A stretch of DNA of 64,000 bases from NCBI GenBank assembly GCA_028030915.1, contig GCA_028030915.1_4867.1. The stretch is one strand, 5' to 3'. The stretch comes from a phage. Positions 49,917-57,906 of the stretch are shown here, one piece after another. The translations under genes and the position numbers were made by a program. The notes under the pieces were generated by a model. That model was not told where the DNA came from and searched no databases. It worked only from the letters and a program-made list of their open reading frames with translations. Every line of letters begins with the position of its first letter. Position 1 is the stretch's first letter.

Positions 49917-50309
49917 ATGGCGATATCTATTAAAGACGTCAGAAACCGCGTCCAGATAGTCGAAGCTAACATGGCGACAGGCCCCCGCATCGAGGCGCAA
50001 GTGGCCTCTAAAGCCCATAATGCGGCAGACCGATTTGGGGGTTGGACGAAAGCACAGCTAGATTGCGGCGGGACATGTTCTTGGACATGCTCTAACGGTT
50101 GCTCGCACGGCTGTTCGAGCTGTTCAGGAAGCTGTTCTGCTTCTTGTATCGGTAGCTGTTCTTCGACGTGTGGCGGTAACTGTTCTGGTTGCTCTGGTTG
50201 TTCTGGTGGTTGCAGTAGTAGCTGTACCGGTAACTGCACAGGTGGTTGCGGTGGCTCATGTTCTTCCAGTTGTTCCGGGGCCTGCTCCGGCGGCTGTTCA
50301 GGTCGCTAA
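49917..50309 (+). CDS. Cys-rich repeat protein A (130 aa): ~49-aa leader-like N-terminus plus a CxxxC repeat tail with about 21 Cys; candidate RiPP precursor
   Basis: ATG with AAGGA RBS; N-terminus MAISIKDVRNRV is paralogous to the next two ORFs; tail DCGGTCSWTCSNGCSHGCSSCSGSC...CSGACSGGCSGR. Confidence 0.6.
   Translation: MAISIKDVRNRVQIVEANMATGPRIEAQVASKAHNAADRFGGWTKAQLDCGGTCSWTCSNGCSHGCSSCSGSCSASCIGSCSSTCGGNCSGCSGCSGGCSSSCTGNCTGGCGGSCSSSCSGACSGGCSGR
50064..50306 (+). repeat. in-frame period-12-nt coding repeat (Cys-Ser/Gly-x-x) within protein A
   Basis: Reiterated TGC/TGT-containing units (e.g. tgttctggttgctctggttgttctggtggttgc); both alternative frames are also open, as expected for a low-complexity repeat. 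Confidence 0.6.
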
Positions 50310-50319
50310 GGGGGATTAA

Positions 50320-50724
50320 ATGGCAATTGGATTAAAAGAACTGAATAACCGATTAAACACGATCGATGCAAACGCTCTAAAGAATACCACGAATGTGCAA
50401 AACTACATTCGCAATAAAGCTACGAATAACGCTGACTTGTTCGCAGGTCAAGGTCGTTCGCACTACGACTGTGGTGGTACGTGTTCTTTTAGCTGCTCAA
50501 GTTGCTCTGGCGGCTGCACAGGATCTGCGACAGGTGGTTGTGGGTCGACTTGTTCGGCAAACTGTGTATCAGGCTGTAGCAGCAGCTGCACGGGCTGTAG
50601 CTCTTCGTGCTCTGGTGGTTGTAGCGGCACGTGCACAGGCAGCTGTTCTGGGGGTTGTGGTAAATCCTGCTCCGCAAACTGCTCAGGTGCGTGCTCTGGT
50701 GGTTGTTCAGGTCCTAACTCCTAA
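50320..50724 (+). CDS. Cys-rich repeat protein B (134 aa): leader-like N-terminus plus a CxxxC repeat tail with about 20 Cys; candidate RiPP precursor
   Basis: ATG with GGGGGA RBS; MAIGLKELNNRL leader paralogous to A; tail begins YDCGGTCSFSC and ends CSGACSGGCSGPNS. Confidence 0.6.
   Translation: MAIGLKELNNRLNTIDANALKNTTNVQNYIRNKATNNADLFAGQGRSHYDCGGTCSFSCSSCSGGCTGSATGGCGSTCSANCVSGCSSSCTGCSSSCSGGCSGTCTGSCSGGCGKSCSANCSGACSGGCSGPNS
50470..50721 (+). repeat. in-frame period-12-nt coding repeat (Cys-Ser/Gly-x-x) within protein B
   Basis: Same repeat style as in A; alternative frames open. Confidence 0.6.
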
Positions 50725-50739
50725 CTGACGGAGGCTTAT

Positions 50740-50946
50740 GTGATCAGTCTCAAGACTATTCGAAACCGTCTCGTTACGGCAGAAGGTTACATTACAACCG
50801 CACAGGCAAACAACTATATCGCTAACCAGGGCACCGTGTCGACCACAAATAACCTGGCTGGCTTACCGCTTTCTCACTATAACTGTAATGGTGGGTGTAG
50901 CTGGTCCTGCAGCGGAAGCTGTAGCCGTGGAGCGGGGAATCGATAA
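50740..50946 (+). CDS. Cys-rich short paralog C (68 aa, GTG start): leader-like N-terminus plus a short CNGGCSWSCSGSCS core
   Basis: GGAGG RBS 5 nt before GTG; MISLKTIRNRL leader matches A and B; core starts YNCNGGCSW, like the start of the A and B cores. Confidence 0.5.
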   Translation: MISLKTIRNRLVTAEGYITTAQANNYIANQGTVSTTNNLAGLPLSHYNCNGGCSWSCSGSCSRGAGNR

Positions 50947-50968
50947 CAGAAAACGTTCGGAGTATTAA

Positions 50969-51856
50969 ATGAAAAACGATTTGCATCTTGCGTATAAAAC
51001 CACATTCAACCACCCGCTGCATCTATCTTCCCCAGATTCAGTGCGTGCACACCTTGCTGACAAAGTCAGACTGATTGCACAGATTCCTGGTGAGTGGCCA
51101 AAGGTTCGTGGTCGCTTCTTGACCGACAAGAAGAACTACACCGTAGAAAATACGTTTAAGATCCGTGATATGGTTGCAGAGGCCATCGTTATCTTTAACG
51201 GCGATGGTAACTCTCGTGGCGTGTTAGTCGACGGTAAGTATTTCTTCAGTGAAGGGATTTTGAACAACAGCGTCGATTTAGAACTGATGTTTACACCGTT
51301 TGACGAACTTGAAGCAAAACCGATGGCGCGCCGTTGGTGGAGTCCGGACTATCTGGGCTCGTTCCCTTACTACTTTGTACTGGTACCTGCCGATACGGAA
51401 ACGTATTTCGACACCGAACCATACATCGATATCGAGGGGTATAAAGAACTCGGCATCACCCGTTTAGCGGACATGATGGCGTATAGCTATAAGTTCGTGT
51501 GGGATAAAAAGCGTTCTGTCTGGTATGCACTGACTGACGATTTCGAAATCACCAAACGTATTCGTAAACCGTGGATGCAACATCTGGTTCAAACCCGATA
51601 TGGGGATTATCCGGCGACGGAAGCGGATTTGAGTAAGCTGGTAAGTTTCCTCTTAACGAAGGTGGATTTAACGAAAGAAGAAGCAGAAGCTGTTTCTGAG
51701 ATTCGTGGTCGTTCGGTAACGTTGGCCGATTTGAAACGCCTGAACGAAAGACACGCCGACCTGAACAAAATTTTAGCTGCCTATCACGACCCGATGTTAC
51801 TGGTGCCCGGCGCTAATGTAGACGAAGATCCTTTATTCGCCATTGATTATATTTAA
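50969..51856 (+). CDS. hypothetical protein (295 aa) within the Cys-peptide/radical-SAM cluster
   Basis: GGAG RBS; no recognised motif; lies between the precursors and the rSAM genes. Confidence 0.5.
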   Translation: MKNDLHLAYKTTFNHPLHLSSPDSVRAHLADKVRLIAQIPGEWPKVRGRFLTDKKNYTVENTFKIRDMVAEAIVIFNGDGNSRGVLVDGKYFFSEGILNNSVDLELMFTPFDELEAKPMARRWWSPDYLGSFPYYFVLVPADTETYFDTEPYIDIEGYKELGITRLADMMAYSYKFVWDKKRSVWYALTDDFEITKRIRKPWMQHLVQTRYGDYPATEADLSKLVSFLLTKVDLTKEEAEAVSEIRGRSVTLADLKRLNERHADLNKILAAYHDPMLLVPGANVDEDPLFAIDYI

Positions 51857-51878
51857 AAATATACTGGAGCAACCTGCA

Positions 51879-52793
51879 ATGACAGATCAAGTAGAATCCA
51901 GGATCTCGTCTGAACTGTACGACAAACCGTCAATTCTGTCGGTTGTCGCAACTTCTAAGTGTAACTTAGACTGTAGCTTCTGTGGAGGGGCTTATTACAT
52001 GGATAGAGAAGATACTTCTCGTGAGTTTCAACGTGAAGAGATTCTCTCGATTTTAGAGAAGAATCCGGATATCGGTGAGATTCATTGGACGGGCGGTGAG
52101 CCGCTGTTAGCGCAGCGCAAGATTGAAGACTTCGTGAACGAGTTGAAGGAGTCTCATCCGAACCTCCGTCATCACATGTACACCAACGGTTTAAAGATGC
52201 GTAAATCACATCTGCCGTTGCTGAAACAGTTCGACCTTATCTTTGTGTCCATTGACGGCTACAAGAAGTCGGAACGTCCGTTTATGAACTTTGTAAACGG
52301 TGGTAATCATGAAGCGCTGGAAGTGCTGTACGAGCTGGACAACTATTACACCTGGGGTGTGATGACGCGTGACCAGTTAGGTGATAAACGCTGGTACGAA
52401 GATTTCATCGAGCTGCACCGAGCAATCTATCATTACCGTCCAGGTGGGATGTCGTTGCTGTTTGATGCGATGATGCCGAAACCGTTATCGCCAGACCACG
52501 TCATGAACTTCATGTACGGGTATTGGAAAATACTCGACAATATCGAACGCCTTAACATGCAGAACGATTCTGAATGTGGGCTTGCGATCAGTAAAATGTT
52601 CGATACCGAGTGCAACACGTGCAGTGAAGTTCTGTGGCTTAACGCCGACGGTACGCAGGAGCAAATTCAGAACGCCCCAGAGATATTGGAAGTCGGCTGT
52701 AATCGCCTGGCGCGTTCTATCGGCGTTGATGCGTATAACTACATCAACCGTGTAATTTCTGCTAAGCGTAAACGGGCGGCGAACAATGAGTAA
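51879..52793 (+). CDS. radical SAM enzyme (about 305 aa) with short Cys-containing C-terminal extension
   Basis: CNLDCSFC (C-x3-C-x2-C) near the N-terminus, WTGGEPLL, YTNG, SIDG; C-terminal ECGLAISKMFDTECNTCSEV...GC; GGAG RBS before the ATG at 51879 (the track ORF starts at an upstream TTG). Confidence 0.7.
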   Translation: MTDQVESRISSELYDKPSILSVVATSKCNLDCSFCGGAYYMDREDTSREFQREEILSILEKNPDIGEIHWTGGEPLLAQRKIEDFVNELKESHPNLRHHMYTNGLKMRKSHLPLLKQFDLIFVSIDGYKKSERPFMNFVNGGNHEALEVLYELDNYYTWGVMTRDQLGDKRWYEDFIELHRAIYHYRPGGMSLLFDAMMPKPLSPDHVMNFMYGYWKILDNIERLNMQNDSECGLAISKMFDTECNTCSEVLWLNADGTQEQIQNAPEILEVGCNRLARSIGVDAYNYINRVISAKRKRAANNE

Positions 52794-54114
52794 CAGCGAA
52801 CAGCAAATCCAGTACACACCACGCACATATCAGGTCGTGACTAACTTGTCATGTAACCTGGACTGCGAATACTGCTACGAGCGTAAATACCCACGCAACA
52901 ACAAAGTAGCTGACGTGATTGATTTTATCCACGCTTGCTTCGAGCGTGATAAAGATATCCCGAACGTTGAAGTCATCATCGATATCATCGGTGGTGAGCC
53001 GTTCATGCAGCCTAAACTTCTTTTGGCGGCCTTTGAAACCGCAGAGAAGTTATGTGCAGAACACAATCGCCCGTATATGTTCAGTATCTCCACGAACGGT
53101 ACGCTTCTGGACCGTCCGCTGAACAAAGAAATTATCGAGCGCTGGAAAGACAAACTGTCTATTGGGGTCTCCATCGATGGTTTACCTGAAATCCATGACA
53201 AATATCGTATCTTTACCACGACGCGTGAAGGGTCGTACGAAGCTGCGGTACGCGGTTACAATTACCTGAAGAGTGTTGGCATCGCTGAGCTGGGCGTAAA
53301 GGCGACGTTTACGATCGATACATTGCCGCACTATGCCGCCAGCATGAAATCGTTAATTGACATGTCCGGCGGTGGTACCATTTCTGGTAACGTAACGTAC
53401 GAAGATATCCTGCCGCGCCATATGGCGTTGGATATCGCGAACCAGATGATGGACGTGATGGACTACTGGATTGAGAAGGGTCTGCACACCAACCCGCGTA
53501 ACACGATTACGCACATCATCCCGGATGGCCTGAACTTTATGGCAACTTGGGACCCGGATTGGCGTGACAAACTCTTACATGACGACTCTGTTCGTCTCGA
53601 CCCAGAACGCCTGAAACCGTACTGCGGTACGTTGACGCACATGACCTGTCTCGGCTTTGATCGCAAGATTTACGGTTGTAACCGTTTCATGTCCACGGTA
53701 ACTTCCCGTTCTGCTGTAGCAGAACTGGTCGGTCGTGAGTTTGTGAGCCTGGACGGTGGTAAGCTGTTAGAAGAGATTCAAACGCAGTACACCAACTACC
53801 CAGAAACCTGTTTAGGGTGTCCGATGAAACACAGCTGCGGTAGCTGCGCAGCAGCATCGTACGAAAACGGTGAAGGTACACTGGAAGACCGTAAAGCGTA
53901 TCACGCCGAGCGTCGTCAGTGTGGTTGGACTACTGCGAAGCTGATGGCGGCGGAATATTGGTATCAGAAAACTGGTACGACCCGCGCATCAGATTTGCAC
54001 GATAAATCCATGTGCTATTGTTCACGTTGTGTACGCCAACGTGCTGAAGCAGAAAAATTACAAAACGGAGCCCAGAATGAAGTCAATACTGATTCACAAT
54101 TTTACGAAGCGTAA
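52786..54114 (+). CDS. radical SAM enzyme with SPASM-like Cys-rich C-terminal domain (442 aa)
   Basis: CNLDCEYC (C-x3-C-x2-C), GGEPF, STNG, SIDG; C-terminal cysteine cluster CGTLTHMTCLGFDRKIYGCNRF...CLGCPMKHSCGSCAAASY; start overlaps the upstream rSAM stop by 8 nt. Confidence 0.75.
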   Translation: MSNSEQQIQYTPRTYQVVTNLSCNLDCEYCYERKYPRNNKVADVIDFIHACFERDKDIPNVEVIIDIIGGEPFMQPKLLLAAFETAEKLCAEHNRPYMFSISTNGTLLDRPLNKEIIERWKDKLSIGVSIDGLPEIHDKYRIFTTTREGSYEAAVRGYNYLKSVGIAELGVKATFTIDTLPHYAASMKSLIDMSGGGTISGNVTYEDILPRHMALDIANQMMDVMDYWIEKGLHTNPRNTITHIIPDGLNFMATWDPDWRDKLLHDDSVRLDPERLKPYCGTLTHMTCLGFDRKIYGCNRFMSTVTSRSAVAELVGREFVSLDGGKLLEEIQTQYTNYPETCLGCPMKHSCGSCAAASYENGEGTLEDRKAYHAERRQCGWTTAKLMAAEYWYQKTGTTRASDLHDKSMCYCSRCVRQRAEAEKLQNGAQNEVNTDSQFYEA

Positions 54115-54643
54115 ACTGCACTTGGTCGATCGCTTCCTGCGCAAAAGCAAGCTGTACAATGTGCACGCAATTGTGGCAGGGGAAGACTTCACTGATGAAA
54201 TCCAAAGCCTGTTGATTAAATACGGGCTGAATGTGATGATCCCGGTCTACTGCGTTGAGAAAGGACACGAGTCTGTCGCGGAAATCGAAAAGCGCAACCC
54301 TGGCTTTGAGAAGCGACTGCTTGCATACCCACGCCACAAAATCGAACTGCTACGACACTCTATTGATGAAGCCAGTCCTGAAAGTTTAGTGGCATTGGGC
54401 TTGTCTTTCCCGCGGATGCGTATTCGTAACTTACGCTCCAATAACCCGGTTGACGCTTATTACACAGAGCGTCAAATCTTCGAAGAACACCTGCTCCCGC
54501 AGTTGGAAGAAGAAGAGCAACACAACATTTCTCTGTTGTGGGCCGGTAACCTCGATCAGGACTTCCAGATGCTGGACTTCGGTTTGTTGTTAGAACTTGG
54601 CCTGATTGAGGAGGACGAATGTCTGTTACTGACAAAAGCTTAA
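54077..54643 (+). CDS. hypothetical protein (188 aa from the internal Met with GGAG RBS)
   Basis: The track ORF starts at 54029 inside the rSAM gene; the Met at 54077 has an RBS but still overlaps the rSAM 3' end by 38 nt. Confidence 0.4.
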   Translation: MKSILIHNFTKRKLHLVDRFLRKSKLYNVHAIVAGEDFTDEIQSLLIKYGLNVMIPVYCVEKGHESVAEIEKRNPGFEKRLLAYPRHKIELLRHSIDEASPESLVALGLSFPRMRIRNLRSNNPVDAYYTERQIFEEHLLPQLEEEEQHNISLLWAGNLDQDFQMLDFGLLLELGLIEEDECLLLTKA

Positions 54644-55290
54644 CGAACGAAGAGATCCGCGCCCGTTATTTCCAGCGTGATTTGCCGATTGATCGTCACG
54701 GTAATTTCATGGAACGAATCGGTGCGCAGGATCAGGGCCGTACCGGATTTTGTGCATTACTCCATTACCATCTCATCGAAGGGATGTCTGATAAAGAAGC
54801 CCTGGCACGCATGAAGCTGTATGAGATGTCGGAGATTGAAGCTAACTTCACATTGAAACGCACGAAAGAGTTTATTGCTAATGTGCTGGAGATTGACCTC
54901 GACGAAATTCGCGGGAATCTGAAATCTACCGCACGTTACATTTACGAAGACGTGCAGAAGATGCTGTTGGAACTCGACCACCGCTACGAAGATGAGCGCC
55001 ATGGTTATATCGAGTTTGAAGGTAGTCACTTTCAAGCCGATGAATCGTCGCGTACCATCCTCGGTCAATACATTCAGGCAGATACCGCACCAGAATACTG
55101 GCTCGATACGCTGAATACTAAGCACAGTCCGTTTACAGTAGCCCAATGTAAAGCGTTGCTGGCCGCTATTGTTGCACGTGACCAAGTGTTGCACTCAGCA
55201 ATGGCAGATAACAAACGCCAAATCCGTGAGTTAGCTGAAAAGCGCGATTACACTGGATTAAAAACATTGTCCGAGTCACTCGGCATGTAA
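54619..55290 (+). CDS. hypothetical protein (223 aa), last gene of the cluster
   Basis: ORF overlapping the previous gene by 25 nt; followed by a strong terminator. Confidence 0.5.
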   Translation: MSVTDKSLTNEEIRARYFQRDLPIDRHGNFMERIGAQDQGRTGFCALLHYHLIEGMSDKEALARMKLYEMSEIEANFTLKRTKEFIANVLEIDLDEIRGNLKSTARYIYEDVQKMLLELDHRYEDERHGYIEFEGSHFQADESSRTILGQYIQADTAPEYWLDTLNTKHSPFTVAQCKALLAAIVARDQVLHSAMADNKRQIRELAEKRDYTGLKTLSESLGM

Positions 55291-55302
55291 GCAAAGAAAA
55301 TA

Positions 55303-55348
55303 AAGGCCCTACCTCCCCGAAGGGAGGTAGGTACCTTTTATTTATTTC
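55303..55348. terminator. bidirectional intrinsic terminator (CCCTACCTCCC-CGAA-GGGAGGTAGG, then T-run)
   Basis: Inverted repeat between convergent genes 54619..55290 (+) and 55372..55899 (-). Confidence 0.6.
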
Positions 55349-55371
55349 TTAGAAACTACTAAGTTGTTTTG

Positions 55372-55899
55372 TTAAACGAATCCGTCCAGTTCACCGTTGG
55401 TGGTGCTCAGGTCAGTTTTAACGATTGGCTGCGTTACAGTATAAACTGCAAGGCTGGCAGGTTGGTATTTAATGTGGCCTTCTTTCACCATAACAGTGAT
55501 GATTTTCTCACCACTGTCGCCGTCCTCGCGTGAAATGGTGAGTTCAGACAATGCAAACGCATCTTCCGTTTTACCGGCGGCAATTAGATCTGCGTTGACA
55601 AAAGCAAGCACTTCTTCATCGGTATCCCATTCTGCCTGGTCAGCGGTAACTGCTTTCGCACCGATGATGTTCAATGAATCGAGGCGGGTGTAATGCAGCT
55701 CTTTCTCGCCAGTAAAGTTAGCGGATTCCGCGGTGGCAGTGATGGTGAGTTTGGAGTTGCGAGTGTCTCCAGAATCTGCTGGTGAATAGTCAGCAACAGC
55801 GCCGAATGTAACGTCAGCAGTAGTTAACGGACTAGACAGTCCGCTGTTTGCAGCATTAAACAGCGCGACGAGTTGGTCTTTTGCAGAGATGACTGCCAT
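55372..55899 (-). CDS. hypothetical protein (175 aa), Thr/Ala-rich, possibly virion-associated
   Basis: ORF in track. Confidence 0.45.
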   Translation of the reverse strand: MAVISAKDQLVALFNAANSGLSSPLTTADVTFGAVADYSPADSGDTRNSKLTITATAESANFTGEKELHYTRLDSLNIIGAKAVTADQAEWDTDEEVLAFVNADLIAAGKTEDAFALSELTISREDGDSGEKIITVMVKEGHIKYQPASLAVYTVTQPIVKTDLSTTNGELDGFV

Positions 55900-56022
55900 G
55901 GTTGTTTCCTTATAGTAGGTTTGTGGTGCATACTAAATCGTTCTAAAAACAACATAGTGGGCTTAATATGACAGTAAAGTTGGCTGTTAAACGAGAAAGT
56001 TTTTACCACTGAAAGGTACTCT

Positions 56023-56514
56023 ATGAAACGTCTATTTATCGTATTCGCGATTATAAACCTGTTGGCCGGTTGTGTTCAGTCGCCAAGCAACATAGGACAA
56101 TTTAGCGCCACACCAGTAAAGAATCACGACTTGGTGATTTATACATGCACAGGGACGCAGGAGAAGTTTGTAGACTACCGTCCGGTACTGGACAACCTAC
56201 AAATGATGCCGCGGTCAGTAACAGTAATGGATGTGGGTGCAAACTGGGTAGCAGCGTGGGACGGTGGCAAACTAGAGTCACCGATGATGTTTAAAGATAC
56301 AATTGGCAAAATCGACGGGAATGTTAATACCACCACAGGTGAGCGTTATTACCGTATTAATAAAACCGTAAACGATAGCCCCACTTACTCTTTTTCGGAT
56401 GTGAACCCGTATACCGGCGAAGGTAAAGGGATGACATTCTTTCGCTGCAGCAGCGGGTTTATCGGTGAAGTTCCTACTCCGATTACGATTGTTCCGTTAG
56501 AAGAAAATAAATAA
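56023..56514 (+). CDS. putative lipoprotein (163 aa), lipobox LLAGC
   Basis: N-terminal MKRLFIVFAIINLLAGC; own terminator downstream. Confidence 0.55.
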   Translation: MKRLFIVFAIINLLAGCVQSPSNIGQFSATPVKNHDLVIYTCTGTQEKFVDYRPVLDNLQMMPRSVTVMDVGANWVAAWDGGKLESPMMFKDTIGKIDGNVNTTTGERYYRINKTVNDSPTYSFSDVNPYTGEGKGMTFFRCSSGFIGEVPTPITIVPLEENK

Positions 56515-56517
56515 TGC

Positions 56518-56560
56518 TTACCCACTCCCGTAAGGGGAGTGGGTAAGGGCTTTATTTACC
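56518..56560 (+). terminator. intrinsic terminator (CTTACCCACTCCC-GTAAG-GGGAGTGGGTAAG, then T-run)
   Basis: 13-bp inverted repeat after the lipoprotein gene. Confidence 0.6.
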
Positions 56561-56639
56561 CTCTAAAACGCTCTGTAACGCTCTCTAAGCGCATTAAACG
56601 TATCAAATGATAAATGATATTACTTTTGATTAAAGTGGA

Positions 56640-57155
56640 TTAGATTTTAACTAGCTTGCTCCAATCGATGGGTTGTTGCTTAACCACTTTAACGGTACCA
56701 CGTGTCGGTGACCAGAAGGTGATATCAGGCTGGTTGCGTACGTCAACATGCAGCCAGGTAATATCGCACTCGATAAAGTGAATAAACGGAAACTCGTTAG
56801 GGTTCGCGGCAATATAGTCGTGTACTTTCTGCAACGGAGTATCAAGCATTGTTGCATCAAACGCATTACCGAATTTATGCATACTGCCTGATTCGGCGTA
56901 CAGTTTGTTTGCACGAGTTTGCCAATCGCCACCCTTTGGTTTCTCTTGATTAATAAAGAACTGCAGGGTACGCAGACTACGCTGTTGCTGGGAACTGGTT
57001 AAAATCACCATCCGCCCAAAACGATTACGAATCTGTTGGAGCGAGATTAGCAGTAACGGATTAAGGAAACGAATAGCACCTTCACCGTATTTCGCGATGT
57101 ACTCCTGCGGCATCAACTCTTTTAACGCGAAGTTGGCAGGATTCGGATGAAACAT
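56640..57155 (-). CDS. peptidase M15-like (zinc D-Ala-D-Ala carboxypeptidase/endopeptidase fold) cell-wall hydrolase
   Basis: SMHKFGNAFD (S-x-H-x-x-G-x-A-x-D) and downstream WLHVDV (H-x-D) match the M15 zinc-binding signature. Confidence 0.55.
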   Translation of the reverse strand: MFHPNPANFALKELMPQEYIAKYGEGAIRFLNPLLLISLQQIRNRFGRMVILTSSQQQRSLRTLQFFINQEKPKGGDWQTRANKLYAESGSMHKFGNAFDATMLDTPLQKVHDYIAANPNEFPFIHFIECDITWLHVDVRNQPDITFWSPTRGTVKVVKQQPIDWSKLVKI

Positions 57156-57164
57156 TTTCTCTCC

Positions 57165-57806
57165 TTAAGGGGTAGTCAGGAACGCACGTTTGATATTCAA
57201 ATACTGCACGTTTACCGGTTGCCCATTAGTAATGTCAACACGTTCGTGTTCAGGAATCGCTAACGTACGCGACGTTCTAAAGAACAGGTAGTTGCGATTA
57301 TAGGACAACGTCTTTTCTACCGGCCGGCTATAAACCACCTTAGAGTTATCGTCTACATAGGACGGCCAACCAAACTCGTGAACGGCATGGTAGAAGGACT
57401 TACGAATAAAGGTGTCAACGCCTAATGCCTCCATGATACGTAAGAACATCAGGTCAGCGAAAGTTTTGTCACATGCACGAGATAGATTACCTTCGACAGT
57501 GTCAGGGTAAAAGCCTACAGATGAACGTTTCTGGTAAAACAAATCATGCACACAAGCGGCAGCAGCCCAAGGCCCATCCGGATGCAGGATAGGACGTAAC
57601 GCTTCTGGAATGCTTGCCAGGTCCGTCACAAATCCTTTCGGTACCGTTACCCATAACGGGGTATCCGGATGCACACCTGCTAATGCTACCATCGCATCCA
57701 TTCCGGTCTGTTCACGATAGAGGCTGCGCAACGTAAACTCGAAATGGAAATCATCCGTGAGGATAAACCACGGCTTCTCTAACAACTTATACTTAAGTGC
57801 TTCCAT
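57165..57806 (-). CDS. DUF1353-family protein (213 aa)
   Basis: VTVPKGFVTDLASIPEALRP...AAACVHDLFY matches the DUF1353 core pattern (P-x-GF-x-TD-x-ASIP ... HD). Confidence 0.5.
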   Translation of the reverse strand: MEALKYKLLEKPWFILTDDFHFEFTLRSLYREQTGMDAMVALAGVHPDTPLWVTVPKGFVTDLASIPEALRPILHPDGPWAAAACVHDLFYQKRSSVGFYPDTVEGNLSRACDKTFADLMFLRIMEALGVDTFIRKSFYHAVHEFGWPSYVDDNSKVVYSRPVEKTLSYNRNYLFFRTSRTLAIPEHERVDITNGQPVNVQYLNIKRAFLTTP

Positions 57807-57813
57807 ACTGACC

Positions 57814-57906
57814 TCACGTCATATAACGCACGACCATCGTGAGGACCATTAATCCCAGTAAAATGGGCATTAAGCCTTTCGGCCAGTCGTCGTTGTCGTA
57901 TTGCAT
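57814..57906 (-). CDS. small hydrophobic ORF (30 aa), possible membrane peptide in the lysis region
   Basis: Hand translation MQYDNDDWPKGLMPILLGLMVLTMVVRYMT with GGAGGG RBS; below the track size cut-off. Confidence 0.2.
   Translation of the reverse strand: MQYDNDDWPKGLMPILLGLMVLTMVVRYMT

Noticed and set aside
50393-50728. Alternative-frame ORFs (Ala/Val/Leu-rich, 111 aa) on both strands across the Cys-repeat DNA (also 49904..50239 minus, 50489..50677 minus)
   Set aside because: They are a by-product of the low-complexity 12-nt repeat. The Cys frame has the RBS and ATG and is conserved across three paralogs, so it is the likely coding frame; the other frames cannot be strictly excluded without expression data.
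49917-50946. Cys-rich proteins as metallothionein-like or keratin-associated-like metal or structural proteins unrelated to the rSAMs
   Set aside because: Not fully excluded, but the conserved leader-like N-termini in three paralogs and the immediate co-orientation with two radical-SAM genes make a modified-peptide interpretation more economical; kept as the alternative hypothesis.
54029-54076. Upstream extension of the 54077 ORF to the Met at 54029
   Set aside because: Would overlap the radical-SAM gene by 86 nt; the internal Met at 54077 has a GGAG RBS and gives a shorter overlap.
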